Below are positions 12,060-24,804 of a DNA stretch of 64,000 bases, piece by piece (position 1 is the stretch's first letter; every line of letters starts with the position of its first letter). The stretch comes from Eledone cirrhosa (Eukaryota), in contig OZ024756.1 of the NCBI GenBank assembly GCA_964016885.1, positions 41,788,001-41,852,000 of the forward strand, given 5' to 3'. The notes below the pieces were generated by a model. The model was given only the letters and a program-made list of their open reading frames with translations, did not search any database and was not told where the DNA came from. Position numbers and translations under genes: made by a program.

Positions 12060-14718
12060 TATAAACATGTCATTAACATCTTATACCAGTGTATATAAAC
12101 ACGTCATTAACATCTTATACAAGTGTATATAAACACGTCATTAACATCTTATACAAGTGTATATAAACACGTCATTAACATCTTATACAAGTGTATATAA
12201 ACATGTCATTAACATCTTATACAAGTGTATATAAACACGTCATTAACATCTTATACAAGTGTATATAAACATGTCATTAACATCTTATACCAGTGTATAT
12301 AAACATGTCATTAACATCTTATACCAGTGTATATAAACATGTCATTAACATCTTATACAAGTGTATATAAACATGTCATTAACATCTTATACAAGTGTAT
12401 ATAAACACGTCATTAACATCTTATACCAGTGTATATAAACACGTCATTAACATCTTATACAAGTGTATATAAACACGTCATTAACATCTTATACAAGTGT
12501 ATATAAACATGTCATTAACATCTTATACAAGTGTATATAAACATGTCATTAACATCTTATACCAGTGTATATAAACATGTCATTAACATCTTATACAAGT
12601 GTATATAAACATGTCATTAACATCTTATACCAGTGTATATAAACACGTCATTAACATCTTATACAAGTGTATATAAACACGTCATTAACATCTTATACAA
12701 GTGTATATAAACACGTCATTAACATCTTATACAAGTGTATATAAACACGTCATTAACATCTTATACAAGTGTATATAAATATATGTCATTAACATCTTAT
12801 ACCAGTGTATATAAATATATGTCATTAACATCTTATACCAGTGTATATAAATATATGTCATTAACATCTTATACAAGTGTATATAAATATATGTCATTAA
12901 CATCTTATACCAGTGTATATAAATATATGTCATTAACATCTTATACAAGTGTATATAAATATATGTCATTAACATCTTATACCAGTGTATATAAACATGT
13001 CATTAACATCTTATACAAGTGTATATAAACATGTCATTAACATCTTATACCAGTGTATATAAACATGTCATTAACATCTTATACCAGTGTATATAAACAT
13101 GTCATTAACATCTTATACAAGTGTATATAAACATGTCATTAACATCTTATACCAGTGTATATAAACATGTCATTAACATCTTATACAAGTGTATATAAAC
13201 ATGTCATTAACATCTTATACAAGTGTATATAAACATGTCATTAACATCTTATACAAGTGTATATAAATATATGTCATTAACATCTTATACCAGTGTATAT
13301 AAATATATGTCATTAACATCTTATACAAGTGTATATAAATATATGTCATTAACATCTTATACCAGTGTATATAAACAGGTCATTAACATCTTATACCAGT
13401 GTATATAAACACGTCATTAACATCTTATACAAGTGTATATAAACACGTCATTAACATCTTATACAAGTGTATATAAACACGTCATTAACATCTTATACAA
13501 GTGTATATAAACATGTCATTAACATCTTATACAAGTGTATATAAACACGTCATTAACATCTTATACAAGTGTATATAAACATGTCATTAACATCTTATAC
13601 AAGTGTATATAAACATGTCATTAACATCTTATACCAGTGTATATAAACATGTCATTAACATCTTATACAAGTGTATATAAACATGTCATTAACATCTTAT
13701 ACAAGTGTATATAAACATGTCATTAACATCTTATACCAGTGTATATAAACACGTCATTAACATCTTATACAAGTGTATATAAACACGTCATTAACATCTT
13801 ATACAAGTGTATATAAACATGTCATTAACATCTTATACAAGTGTATATAAACATGTCATTAACATCTTATACCAGTGTATATAAACATGTCATTAACATC
13901 TTATACAAGTGTATATAAACATGTCATTAACATCTTATACCAGTGTATATAAACACGTCATTAACATCTTATACAAGTGTATATAAACACGTCATTAACA
14001 TCTTATACAAGTGTATATAAACACGTCATTAACATCTTATACAAGTGTATATAAATATATGTCATTAACATCTTATACCAGTGTATATAAATATATGTCA
14101 TTAACATCTTATACCAGTGTATATAAATATATGTCATTAACATCTTATACAAGTGTATATAAATATATGTCATTAACATCTTATACCAGTGTATATAAAT
14201 ATATGTCATTAACATCTTATACAAGTGTATATAAATATATGTCATTAACATCTTATACCAGTGTATATAAACATGTCATTAACATCTTATACAAGTGTAT
14301 ATAAACATGTCATTAACATCTTATACCAGTGTATATAAACATGTCATTAACATCTTATACCAGTGTATATAAACATGTCATTAACATCTTATACAAGTGT
14401 ATATAAACATGTCATTAACATCTTATACCAGTGTATATAAACATGTCATTAACATCTTATACAAGTGTATATAAACATGTCATTAACATCTTATACAAGT
14501 GTATATAAACATGTCATTAACATCTTATACAAGTGTATATAAATATATGTCATTAACATCTTATACCAGTGTATATAAATATATGTCATTAACATCTTAT
14601 ACCAGTGTATATAAATATATGTCATTAACATCTTATACCAGTGTATATAAACAGGTCATTAACATCTTATACCAGTGTATATAAACAGGTCATTAACATC
14701 TTATACCAGTGTATATAG
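12060..14718. repeat. 34/36-bp minisatellite (gtcattaacatcttatac[a/c]agtgtatataaacat) with ~1276-bp higher-order duplication
   Basis: Variant pattern and ORF track recur at a 1276-bp offset (12727 vs 14003; 13223 vs 14499). Confidence 0.95.
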
Positions 14719-15086
14719 TTCTGAAACTAGTTTTAGAAGAGTAATGAGAGAAGTTGTACAACTGTTTCAATACAAGACAGTATTGAAAGTAATCCAACCA
14801 ACCAGCCATTTCCAGTTCTTACACAACATGCTAACAACATATTTATATAAACTCTAATATAAGCAATAACATGCTAGCAACATATTTATATAGACTGCGA
14901 CAAGGTAAAACACTTATGCAATTAAAATGGTAAGAATTCTCTTTAGAAATAACAAACCAGCTGCAATTCTGTGTTTATAAAGGAAGTCATCAAAGATGAC
15001 AGAAATAAAGAGAATGTTTTCAAAAGAAACTTGGAATCATGGAATGTATTATATTTAACAAACTCAAGACTTCATTATTTCTGATA

Positions 15087-15275
15087 AAGGGCAGTGGATT
15101 GGCAGTATCTGTAGAGGCTCGGACACCATGCTTTGACACATAGAGTTACGGCCCTTGCCATTCTGAGTTCAAATCCCGCCGAGGTTAACTTTGCCTTTCA
15201 TCCTTACGGGGTCGATAAAATAAAGTACCAGTAATCTACTGATTAATTACTGGCCTTGTGCCAAAAGTAGAAACA
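15087..15275 (+). mobile_element. SINE family 1 with 13-bp TSD attatttctgata
   Basis: TSD at 15074-15086 and 15276-15288. Confidence 0.88.
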
Positions 15276-15540
15276 ATTATTTCTGATAGCAGAGAAACGT
15301 TGTCAACCATTAATTTTCTTGCTTTTATTTATTCACATTCTTCATAGATTTGTCACTAGAAGACTTGTAAGGATAGGCAAGATGGTGAACAATGCCAAAC
15401 AAGACAGGATATTGACTTCCTCCCTCAATATTTGCATCTCGTCATTCACTCATTTCAGGAAAATAATTCATTGGACGGAAGCAATATAAAACATGAACAA
15501 AAAAATCCAAAAAACGTTGGTGTAACTGTCTTCAAGTCTA

Positions 15541-15787
15541 TTAACCCTTTAGCATTTAAACCGGCCATATCCAGCCAGAATTCTCTCACCTCTTTCTGTT
15601 CAAACCTGCTGTAACTGGCCACTCATACTGATATTAAGGTATTGTTCTCAAAAATATAATAACATTGAAATAAATAACACTGAAATCTCATAGATTCGAT
15701 ATTATGCGAGATAATTATGTGAAGTAAAGCCTTTACCACGAAAATACAATAGTATATATATAGAGTAATGTAAATGCTAAAGGGTTA
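15541..15787. mobile_element. piggyBac-type MITE (TTAA-CCCTTTAGCATTTA…TAAATGCTAAAGGG-TTAA)
   Basis: Terminal inverted repeats and TTAA at both ends; related copies at 23815-24005, ~19985-20157, ~50240-50801. Confidence 0.75.
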
Positions 15788-15789
15788 AT

Positions 15790-16060
15790 GCAGGTTAGGA
15801 GTTAGATGACCTCGTGGAGGAGACATTGCTCCAAGGGATGACAAGGGAGATGCACTGGAACAATGACTCCACCTCACAGAGCTCACACTTGCAGGTAGCC
15901 AAGCCAACTCCACTCTGATAACAGTGAGTAGGTATGTAGTCGTGGGGCCAAGAATGCCAAAAATCTCCATTGCCACAGGCTCGACCAGAAACCTATGAGA
16001 GAGCAGCCAATACTTTGACTGCCCTCTCTGGCCTGACAACCAGCAAAGTCTGGGCTGCTA
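15790..16060 (-). mobile_element. Degenerate CRE-like (RLE non-LTR) 3' remnant
   Basis: EPVAMEIFGILG… then frameshifted LFQCISLVI, resembling the P.A.E..G..G…LFQRLS.AIQRGN motif; similar remnant at ~63540-63720. Confidence 0.45.
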
Positions 16061-16317
16061 GCTTCAAAACAAAAAGGTTTCTAATGGTTTTACAATATGA
16101 TTAAACTATCTGTGACCTTCAAGATGAAAGCAAATGATATATGTTGTACTTGAAACACAAACAACTAAATACCCCATGGTGAGATACAGCAACACACACA
16201 CACACACACCTCATTTATTATACACACACATATATATTACACACACACACGTGACTCAAAAATTGAAAAATCAGTTGCTGTTTTAGTTAAAGCATTGAAA
16301 TGACTTTCATTTTAAGA

Positions 16318-17120
16318 ATGTATGTATATGTGGATATATATGTATATGTGGGTATATATGTATATGTGGGTATATATGTATATGTGGGTATATATGTATA
16401 TGTGGGTATATATGTATATGTGGGTATATATGTATATGTGGGTATATATATGTGGGTATATATGTATATGTGGGTACGTATGTATATGTGGGTATATATG
16501 TATATGTGGGTATATATGTATATGTGGGTATATATGTATATGTGGGTATATATGTATATGTGGGTACATATGTATATGTGGGTATGTATGTATATGTGGG
16601 TATGTATGTATATGTGGGTATGTATGTATATGTGGGTATATATGTATATGTGGGTATGTATGTATATGTGGGTATATATGTATATGTGGGTATGTATGTA
16701 TATGTGGGTATATATGTATATGTGGGTAAGTATGTATGTATATATGGGTATGTATGTATATGTGGGTATATATGTATATGTGGGTATGTATGTATGTATA
16801 TGTGGGTATGTATGTATATGTGGGTATATATGTATATGTGGGTATGTATGTATATGTGGGTATGTATGTATATGTGGGTATATATGTATATGTGGGTATG
16901 TATGTATATGTGGGTATGTATGTATATGTGGGTATATATGTATATGTGGGTATGTATGTATATGTGGGTATGTATGTATGTGTGGGTATATATATGTGGG
17001 TATATATGTATATGTGGGTATGTATGTATATGTGGGTATGTATGTATATGTGGGTATGTATGTATATGTGGGTATGTATGTATATGTGGGTATGTATGTA
17101 TATGTTATATGTGGGTATAT
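16318..17120. repeat. 18-bp minisatellite (gtatatgtgggtat[a/g]tat)
   Basis: Direct inspection. Confidence 0.95.
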
Positions 17121-17144
17121 ATATAGGAACGATCGACTTTTTTG

Positions 17145-17345
17145 TCAAATCGGACCGAGGGAACAATGTTTCCGTTGGTCTTTCCAATTGCTAATACTAT
17201 CTATCGGTCGCAACTCCAGGTAGAAGGAGCAACGTGAAATAAAGTGTCTTGTTCAAGGACATAACGCATCGCCTGGTCCAGGAATCGAACTCACAACTTT
17301 ACGATTGCGAATACAATTCTCTAACCACTCAGCCACACGCCTTCA
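17145..17345 (-). mobile_element. Second tRNA-derived SINE family (head GCGTGTGGCTGAGTGGTTAG...GAGTTCGATTCC)
   Basis: A and B boxes on the minus strand followed by a gtccttgaacaagacactt core; related remnant at ~22840. Confidence 0.65.
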
Positions 17346-17498
17346 CTATATATATATGTAAATGTTATATGTGGGTATGTATGTATATGTTATATGTGGG
17401 TATATATGTATATGTATGTATGGTGTGTATGTGTTTATGTATGTATGGTGTGTATGTGTATATGTATGTATGGTGTGTATATGTATGTGTGTCTGTGC

Positions 17499-17545
<47 letters not shown>

Positions 17546-17729
17546 TATGTCAGTATGTACTTGGTGCTTTTCATTGTGACCTCAGCACCTCCTCTCTAAC
17601 ATGAGAAAGGGTCCAGGGAACATTTAATTATAATCCCAGGATGTCCCCCTTACATATGAGGTAGAAGCCCAGGATGCCGCCCCCCCCCCCTTACATATAA
17701 GGTAGAAATCAAAAGAAGCGCTGTCTTAC

Positions 17730-17918
17730 CTGGACAGTCAATATTATTGTAACATTCCCGTTTCTCCATTGATCGGCCCCGACACTGCTTACCGTAATAA
17801 CGGGGTTTAGGTTTTGAACATGTTCGGTGACGTGTTTTAAATCCTCGAATCCCACTACACCTCCGGGCATTACAGCTACCAAACGCACTCCAGTTTGACC
17901 AACTCCCATGGATGGATA
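17730..17918 (-). CDS. Properdin-like exon 8: TSR5 (HGSWSNWSAFGSCNARRCSGIRGFKTRHRTC...CYNNIDCP)
   Basis: TSP1 repeat with extended first loop, 189 nt, phase 1/1. Confidence 0.93.
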
Positions 17919-18499
17919 CTAAAAGATAAAGTGTAAACAGGTGCAATTAATTAACCCTTTCCTCATCATATTTCTAATTAAAGACACTATTTCAATTAAT
18001 TAATGAACATCTTTGAAGAATCTACTAAAATTATTAATTATTTTATTATTAAAATATGGTTCATACATAAAATTATGTTTGAAAATTATAATTTAAATAG
18101 GAACCTTTTAAACTTTACCTGGCCATGTTTCTAATGAAATACACTCTATTTAAATTAATTAAGGAAAAATTTTGAGGAATTTCCTAAAATTATTAATTAT
18201 TTAATTTACTAAGATAGTAACTTAACAAATGGTTTTTTATATGAAATTACCATATATACTTGAATATTAGCTGACCACCCCACCTCACTATTTTATGTCT
18301 GAGAAGTAGACAAAAATCCAAACTCCATTTTATAAGCTGAGGCAGTTAATCACTATATTGTTAAGATGTAGTATAAATAGCAATGAAATTTATTGTGTAC
18401 AGTGCTCAGATGCACTACAACTCATCAAAAGTGCATGTATAGTACATAGAATAATGTACAAATGTCAGGAAAGTGAACAGTGTATGAGTTATGATATAC

Positions 18500-18840
18500 A
18501 CACAAACACACACACATGCATGCAAGTGTTTGGAGGGGGAATATCAGGTGTAATGCTGGTGAATTTCGGGAAGCATGGAAGTTTTGAAGGATGCAATGTC
18601 CCAACAACTGATGCAGGGAGTTTGTTCCATGGAGGTTTTAAAAGATGTAGTGTCCCAACAGCTAACAACTGATGCAGGGAGTTTGTTCCATGGAGGTTTT
18701 AAAAGATGTAGTATCCCAACAGCTAACAACTGATGCAGGAAGTTTGTTCCATGGAGGTTTTAAAAGATGTAGTGTCCCAACAGCTAACAACTGATGCAGG
18801 GAGTTTGTTCCATGCTTCAGCAACTCTGAGCATGAAAAAA
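18500..18840 (-). mobile_element. CR1-clade LINE 3' fragment with internal 61-bp tandem amplification
   Basis: FFMLRVAEAWNKLPASVVSC…SFKTS matches the CR1 RT C-terminal FFxxRVxxxWNxLP…FK motif; 61-bp unit at 18603/18664/18725/18786. Confidence 0.7.
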
Positions 18841-18916
18841 TATAGAAGCTGACACTGCCACCCCTCATTTTCCCATTTTGTTCACATATTCCTCAATTTA
18901 TATCCAAGTATAACCA

Positions 18917-19064
18917 TAGGCAGAGGTGGTGAGAGCAGACCTCAGATCACTGAAACTCGTGGAGGAGATGACGAAGGACCGTGACAAGTGGAGAGATGCT
19001 GTGCTGAATAGGACCCGTCCCACCCTTGCAAGCAGGGAAAAGCGGACGTAAAATGATGATGATG
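18917..19064 (+). mobile_element. RTE LINE 3' terminal fragment
   Basis: AEVVRADLRSLKLVEEMTKDRDKWRDAV followed by a GGACGTAAAATGATGATG tail. Confidence 0.65.
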
Positions 19065-19182
19065 AATATACAGTATGTTGAAAGATTTTAATGATTTGCC
19101 AGCACAGCATCCCTCCAGAGCTGGATACCTTGAGGCCATTTGGTACTCCTCTCACTTTTGGCAATAAAAGCCCTGTTATTAC

Positions 19183-19356
19183 CTGGACAAGCTCTTCGTC
19201 CTCGACATTCTAGCTTCTCTGTTTTCTGTCCTCTACAATAGCTACCACCATGTTGTGGTTTGGGGCTGTTGCATTCCCGGTTTCGAATGCGAAACGCGGT
19301 GCCACATGTAACTGGACATGGATTCCATGAACTCCAAAGAGACCAGCCCCCATCCT
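19183..19356 (-). CDS. Properdin-like exon 7: TSR4 (DGGWSLWSSWNPCPVTCGTAFRIRNRECNSPKPQHGGSYC...CRGRRACP)
   Basis: Canonical TSP1 repeat, 174 nt, phase 1/1. Confidence 0.93.
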
Positions 19357-19426
19357 CTGTAAAAATAGAAAACAACATGTTTAGAAGAATTACCTCTGAA
19401 GACTCTAATATAATAATTAAGTGTAA

Positions 19427-19615
19427 TAATTGTTTCTACTTTAGGCACAAGGCCAGCAATTGCCCAGTATGTATTACTGGTACTTTATTTTACTAACCCC
19501 GTAAGGATGAAAGGTAAAGTTAACCTCCGCGGGATTTGAACTCAGACCGTAAAGGGACGTAACTATGCTGGAAAGCATGGCGTCCGACCCTCTACCGATA
19601 CTGCCAATTCACCGA
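19427..19615 (-). mobile_element. SINE family 1
   Basis: Nearly identical to the copy at 8361-8548. Confidence 0.85.
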
Positions 19616-20289
19616 ATAATAATGATTTCTAATGTAATCAACATTTTATCAGGATTGACAAGAAAAGTTATTAAAGATAATAAAAGTTATTGTCAAAAGT
19701 AGGTAAGGGAGATAACTCCCAAATTAAACTTGACTAAGTATTACAAATATGTTGGAGCAAGAAGTGAGTCTGATCTTCCTCCTGCATATTTCTATTGGAT
19801 ATTTAGTCATATTTCAGAGTTCACTCCCCTGCCACATTTTGAAAATAATTTTCATGAATATAACTTGACTTTTCATTTTTATTTGATTAACCCCTTTATA
19901 TATATACTCCTTTACTCTTTTACCTGTTCCAGCCATCCAGCTGAGGCCATGCTGGGGACCGCCCTTATAATTTTCATGGTAAAGGCTTTTTCTTACATAT
20001 TTATCTCACATAATATCGAACCTATGAGAATTTGATATTATTTATTTTGAGAACAATACCTTAACGTCAGTATGATTGGCCAGTTACAGTCAGTTTAAAC
20101 AGAAAGAGGTGAGAGAATTCTGGCCAGATATGGCCAGTTTAAATGCTAAAAGGTTAAAGATTATTTTCAGCTCACTATATAAAGACTGTCATCCTAGTTT
20201 TAACTACATATTCTTCTTGCAGAAGGCATCCCCAGGAATTTTTTTTTTAATTTTTTTTAAAGTTTTTTTTAAAATTAAGAAAAACTTAC

Positions 20290-20460
20290 GTTGACATTTG
20301 ACTTTGACACACTTTTTTACTTGATAGCTGTTACCTCCACACGGTCTACCTCCATATCTAGGGGCCGGTTTGTCACAAATACGAACCCTTTTCATACTAC
20401 CAACACCACAGCTTGCACTGCACGATGACCAAGGATTCCAGTTACCCCATCTACCATTTA
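20290..20460 (-). CDS. Properdin-like exon 6: TSR3 (VNGRWGNWNPWSSCSASCGVGSMKRVRICDKPAPRYGGRPC...CVKVKCQ)
   Basis: Canonical TSP1 repeat, 171 nt, phase 1/1. Confidence 0.93.
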
Positions 20461-20961
20461 CTGAAGAGGAGAGAAATGGATACAGAGACAGATATAGTTG
20501 TTGTTGTTGTCATTGTTGCTGTTGTTGTTGTTGTTGTTGTGGTAGTTGTTTTGGTGCCTTTTGTCACAACACCATCACTGCCACAATACAGACTGGACTG
20601 GATGCTTTTTTGTCATATCACCATCACTACCCTCTTACTGAGTGGACTGAGCCCTTTATATGGTGGCACCAACACAACCACATTGCAGGCTGGACTGGGT
20701 GATTTTTATTGTGGCACCAACACAACCACATTACAGAGTGGACTGGGAGATTTTGTCATGGCACCCGGGTGAACAGGGTGCTTTTCATCAGATCAGGAAG
20801 GCACACCTACAACTTACATGTGTTAAATTCAAGGGAGATTTGGCTTCTGTTTCTAGCATATCAAGTGACAGTGTTCAGTGATCAGCCAATAAAAACAACA
20901 ACAACAAAAAGAAAAATGAGGCGCTGTGTTTAAAGAAAGGGAAGGAAAAGTTTCAGCTTAC

Positions 20962-21132
20962 CTGGACACGGCTTTGTATTGCAGGCTGTTAACTCTGAAC
21001 TGCTGCCTACACAGTCTTTACCATCATTTGCTGGGGGTGGGAAGTTACAAATACGGCTACGAGAATGTCGACCCCCACCACACGTCATGCTGCACGGCTT
21101 CCATTGGTACCAGGGTCCCCAGTTACCATCCA
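20962..21132 (-). CDS. Properdin-like exon 5: TSR2 (VDGNWGPWYQWKPCSMTCGGGRHSRSRICNFPPPANDGKDC...CNTKPCP)
   Basis: Canonical TSP1 repeat, 171 nt, phase 1/1, tag/gtaag boundaries. Confidence 0.93.
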
Positions 21133-21442
21133 CTACAAAAGACAAGAATTTATATATATATATAACTCATTGTTTATATATATAAACTCATTGTTTATAT
21201 CTATATATATAATTAGAAAGTGAACAACACAAAATATAACTACTCCATTACCAAAGGTTTCTGGATTACAGACGATAATAATATACGCCTGGATCGGTCA
21301 CCAGACAGAGATGTTATGGATAAAAAATATGAAATGAGATTCAAAATCTGTTAAAAATTGAAAGTGAGGCTGGAAAAATAACGGGAAATATACATAAGAA
21401 AAGAAGAGTAAGAAAAATAATATATAAAAGTATATAGCAATA

Positions 21443-21505
<63 letters not shown>

Positions 21506-21690
21506 TCATCATCATCGTATATGAGTAAAACTCAGTCTCCTGTCTAACCCATGCTAGTGTGGAAAATGGACGTTAAACGATGATGATATAAATATATATG
21601 GGTTGTTTTGTTTGAGACGACCAGAGCTGGTCTTGGAGAGGTTGGCATGAAAAGGGTTAAACAGACCGAGTCTTAATAATTGTTTCTTAC

Positions 21691-21846
21691 CTGGACAGTA
21701 ACTTTTTAACATACATGGCTGGAAATGGCGGTTCCGATAATCAGTCGGCTCACATGTAGGACACTGTCGATACTTTGACCGCCATCCAGCACCACATGTA
21801 ACAGTACACTCAGTCCATTCTCCCCAGGGGGCAAGGGTAGGCTTCA
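21691..21846 (-). CDS. Properdin-like exon 4: TSR1 (PWGEWTECTVTCGAGWRSKYRQC...CMLKSYCP)
   Basis: WxxWxxCxxTCG and RxR motifs; phase 1/1; tandem tagcag acceptor. Confidence 0.9.
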
Positions 21847-22364
21847 CTGCTAGAAGAGAAGAGGAGAAAAATATATACTTTTTTTAAAATACTGCATGTC
21901 GTTTAGTAATGTGTAAACATACATACACACACACATATATATATATATATATACACACATATGCATGAAAATGTGTGTGTATTTATATATATATGGAAAA
22001 TGCGTGAGATCCTTAGTACAGTAAGGTATATTTGAAAAAAGGAAAAGAATGACTTCAATTGTAGTTGTTATTCTATAACAATTTAATTCTATAATTTTGT
22101 TATGTAGATCATATATGTTGGGCGGAAAGGTGTTTTAAAATCCTGGTTAACATTCTGAAGAACTTTCTCATTCGTCGGTGGCGATTGTCAAACTGATCTA
22201 AAATGATAATTTGGGTGTGTGTCTGGGAAACCACAAATTATGACAGTACTCTATGTATGGGAAGAAGCAGAGTAGGTATAGAGAGAGGTAAAATCCAACC
22301 ACGATGCCAAGTGGTCTCAGCTTGTATTCAGCAAACCTTCTCAGAACACATAAAAACAACTTAC

Positions 22365-22440
22365 CGTCAGGAGGTGGAAGAGACAATTTTTTCCAGATCT
22401 CACAAGACGTACACTGATAAGAGTTCTTGCCAACCTTGTG
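22365..22440 (-). CDS. Properdin-like exon 3: C-half of TB-like domain plus Pro linker (HKVGKNSYQCTSCEIWKKLSLPPPD)
   Basis: tttcag acceptor, gtaagt donor, phases 0/1; CxxC completes the 6-Cys domain. Confidence 0.85.
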
Positions 22441-23432
22441 CTGAAATTGAATAATTATCAATAGAGGATATATCAGAAAACAAAAAATGGATAATTAACA
22501 TACATACACATACAGACACAACATACATACAAACACAAACATAGATACACAGACATACACGCGAACACAGACATACAGCACGCACTCGTACAGACACAAA
22601 CACACACACTCATAAACACACACACGTACATACACACACATGCACATACACACACACTGATAGAGACACAAACACTTACACACATCCTTGCCAAGTTACA
22701 ACCAATTGCAAGGTATTCCCACCTTTCAAAGGTGAAAAACGTAACGTACAGCTCACACCTGTGCAGGTTTAGCTGGGCCCTTATGAGGTTTCACGGGTGT
22801 TTTAACGACAGGGACCCCAAGTTATATCATCAAATACAATGTGAAATGAAGTGTCTTGTTCAAGAACACTACATACTGCCCGATTCAGAAACAGAACCCA
22901 GGTAATCAACACAACATTTCAGACCTGCCAACCTCTAAAAACCCAAACGGAGAGTACCCTGAAAAAACTGCCCCCCAAAACGGGGAGAAACGAGGCAAAA
23001 TTGGAAGATTTTACATAATGAAAGCTATACCCATTTTCACAAGAGAAGACATCTCCCACCACTCCAAAGTGGATGGGAGATGTCCCCGTCAGATGGGGAG
23101 ACTTGAAAGGTCTGTGTTTAGATGGCAAATATAACCCCCGCCTCCCATTTTACTATCGATCTTTTAGTCCCATATTGCTCCGCTTATATTTGAGTGTATA
23201 CAGTAATATTTCTATAGAGATACAAGTCAAACATAAGCTATCATTATTAGTGTTGTACTACCTTTCATTGTTACGAGGGTCGATATAATAAAGTACCAGT
23301 CTTGCACTGGGGTCGATTTCATCGACTTTCCCCTCGCCCAAAATTGCTGGCCTTGTGCCTAAATGTGAAACCATTATTAGTAAAGTAAATAGATGATAGC
23401 AATAGAAAAGGAGCAGAAAAGGGTTAACTTAC

Positions 23433-23563
23433 CACCTTTCTAGTCCAACCAGAACCTCCTCGATCACTACAACATTGAATGGCTGTGGAATAAACTTGTC
23501 TTTTTAAGGGTCTTTTACAAACCCCTCTTCGTTTACGGAATTTTTTATAACACACTACAGAAC
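23433..23563 (-). CDS. Properdin-like exon 2: N-half of TB-like domain (GSVVCYKKFRKRRGVCKRPLKRQVYSTAIQCCSDRGGSGWTRKV)
   Basis: tttcag acceptor, gtaagt donor, phases 1/0; C-x10-C-x14-CC pattern. Confidence 0.85.
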
Positions 23564-24454
23564 CTGAAAAAAATATATAGTTATTCTTTTTTTTCATAAT
23601 TACACGAATGTTTAGTATGAGAGGTGGGGCGGAGTTTAGAGCTGTTTCTATCAACCATACTTATTTCCCTCGCACTATAGAATATTTCAATAGAATGTAT
23701 ACAAATGAACTTCATTTATATAAAAAGGGGGGAATAAACAAAAAGGTGAGAGAAGACCCACACACTCAATCACAAACCCCAACAAAAGGCACTACAGTTT
23801 CTCTTTAATCATTTTTAACCCTTTAGCATTTGAACTGGCCATATCCGGCCAGAAATCTCAAACTCCCTTATGTTAAGGTATTGTTCTCAAAATAAATATT
23901 AAAATCTCATAGATTCGATATTATGTGAGTTAATTATGCGAGATAAAGCCTTTACCATGAAAACACAATAGTAAATATAGAGTAATGTAAATGGTAAAGG
24001 GTTAAAGCAGCATTGCCACAGGTAATAGCGAGGTTAAGATACTGGACTAACCAAACAATTGAAATAAACCACAGAATCATACGTTTCGGTGGGAGATTGT
24101 ATCCCTACACATCAAAAATGTAGTTTTTCCTTGTATACATTGATATATTACACACAAACACACACTAAATGATCCCCTTTAGTCATCGTTGGTTATGGGT
24201 TTGCATCTGGAACGTTCTTCTCCAAGGTGTGTGCCTAGACAAGGTATTTTGAAGAAGACCACCAGTCGGCCATACACACCAGTCTCTCCTCTCCATGACA
24301 TCGATGTTGTCCAAAGGAGGGGCAAAGGATGATACAGCTTGAAACCAGCTAACGGCTTTCAAATGTTTATTTGTAAACATCGTACATTATTTGATATACA
24401 ACCCCATATATATACACATATATATATATAGAGAGAGGGGGGGGGGGTGATATG

Positions 24455-24804
24455 TAATTGGAGTCTTTAAGAAGGTTATTTACAATAATTTCTAACTTTA
24501 CTGGGTTTCATGATTTTCTGAAGTCAAGAGAGAAATGCTTTTAGTTTCATACAAACAATATGGCTGAAATTGGTATATGTTTGAAGTATTATTTAATTGG
24601 TTGAAGAAGATCACGTGATTAGACATCGACTCTTTTTGCAGAAAAGTGACTCAAGTTTAAAGTATAATTTGATAGACATCAAGTTTGGCAGTATTTTCAC
24701 ACAAAAAAAAAAAAAATTAATTAAAAATAAGGGCAGTGCCCCAGCATGGCCTCAGCCGGATGGCTGGAACAGATAAGAGAGTAAACCTTCTTAAAGACTC
24801 CAAT
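24455..24804. mobile_element. MITE-like element with ~22-bp TIRs
   Basis: aattggagtctttaagaaggtt … aaccttcttaaagactccaatt. Confidence 0.5.
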
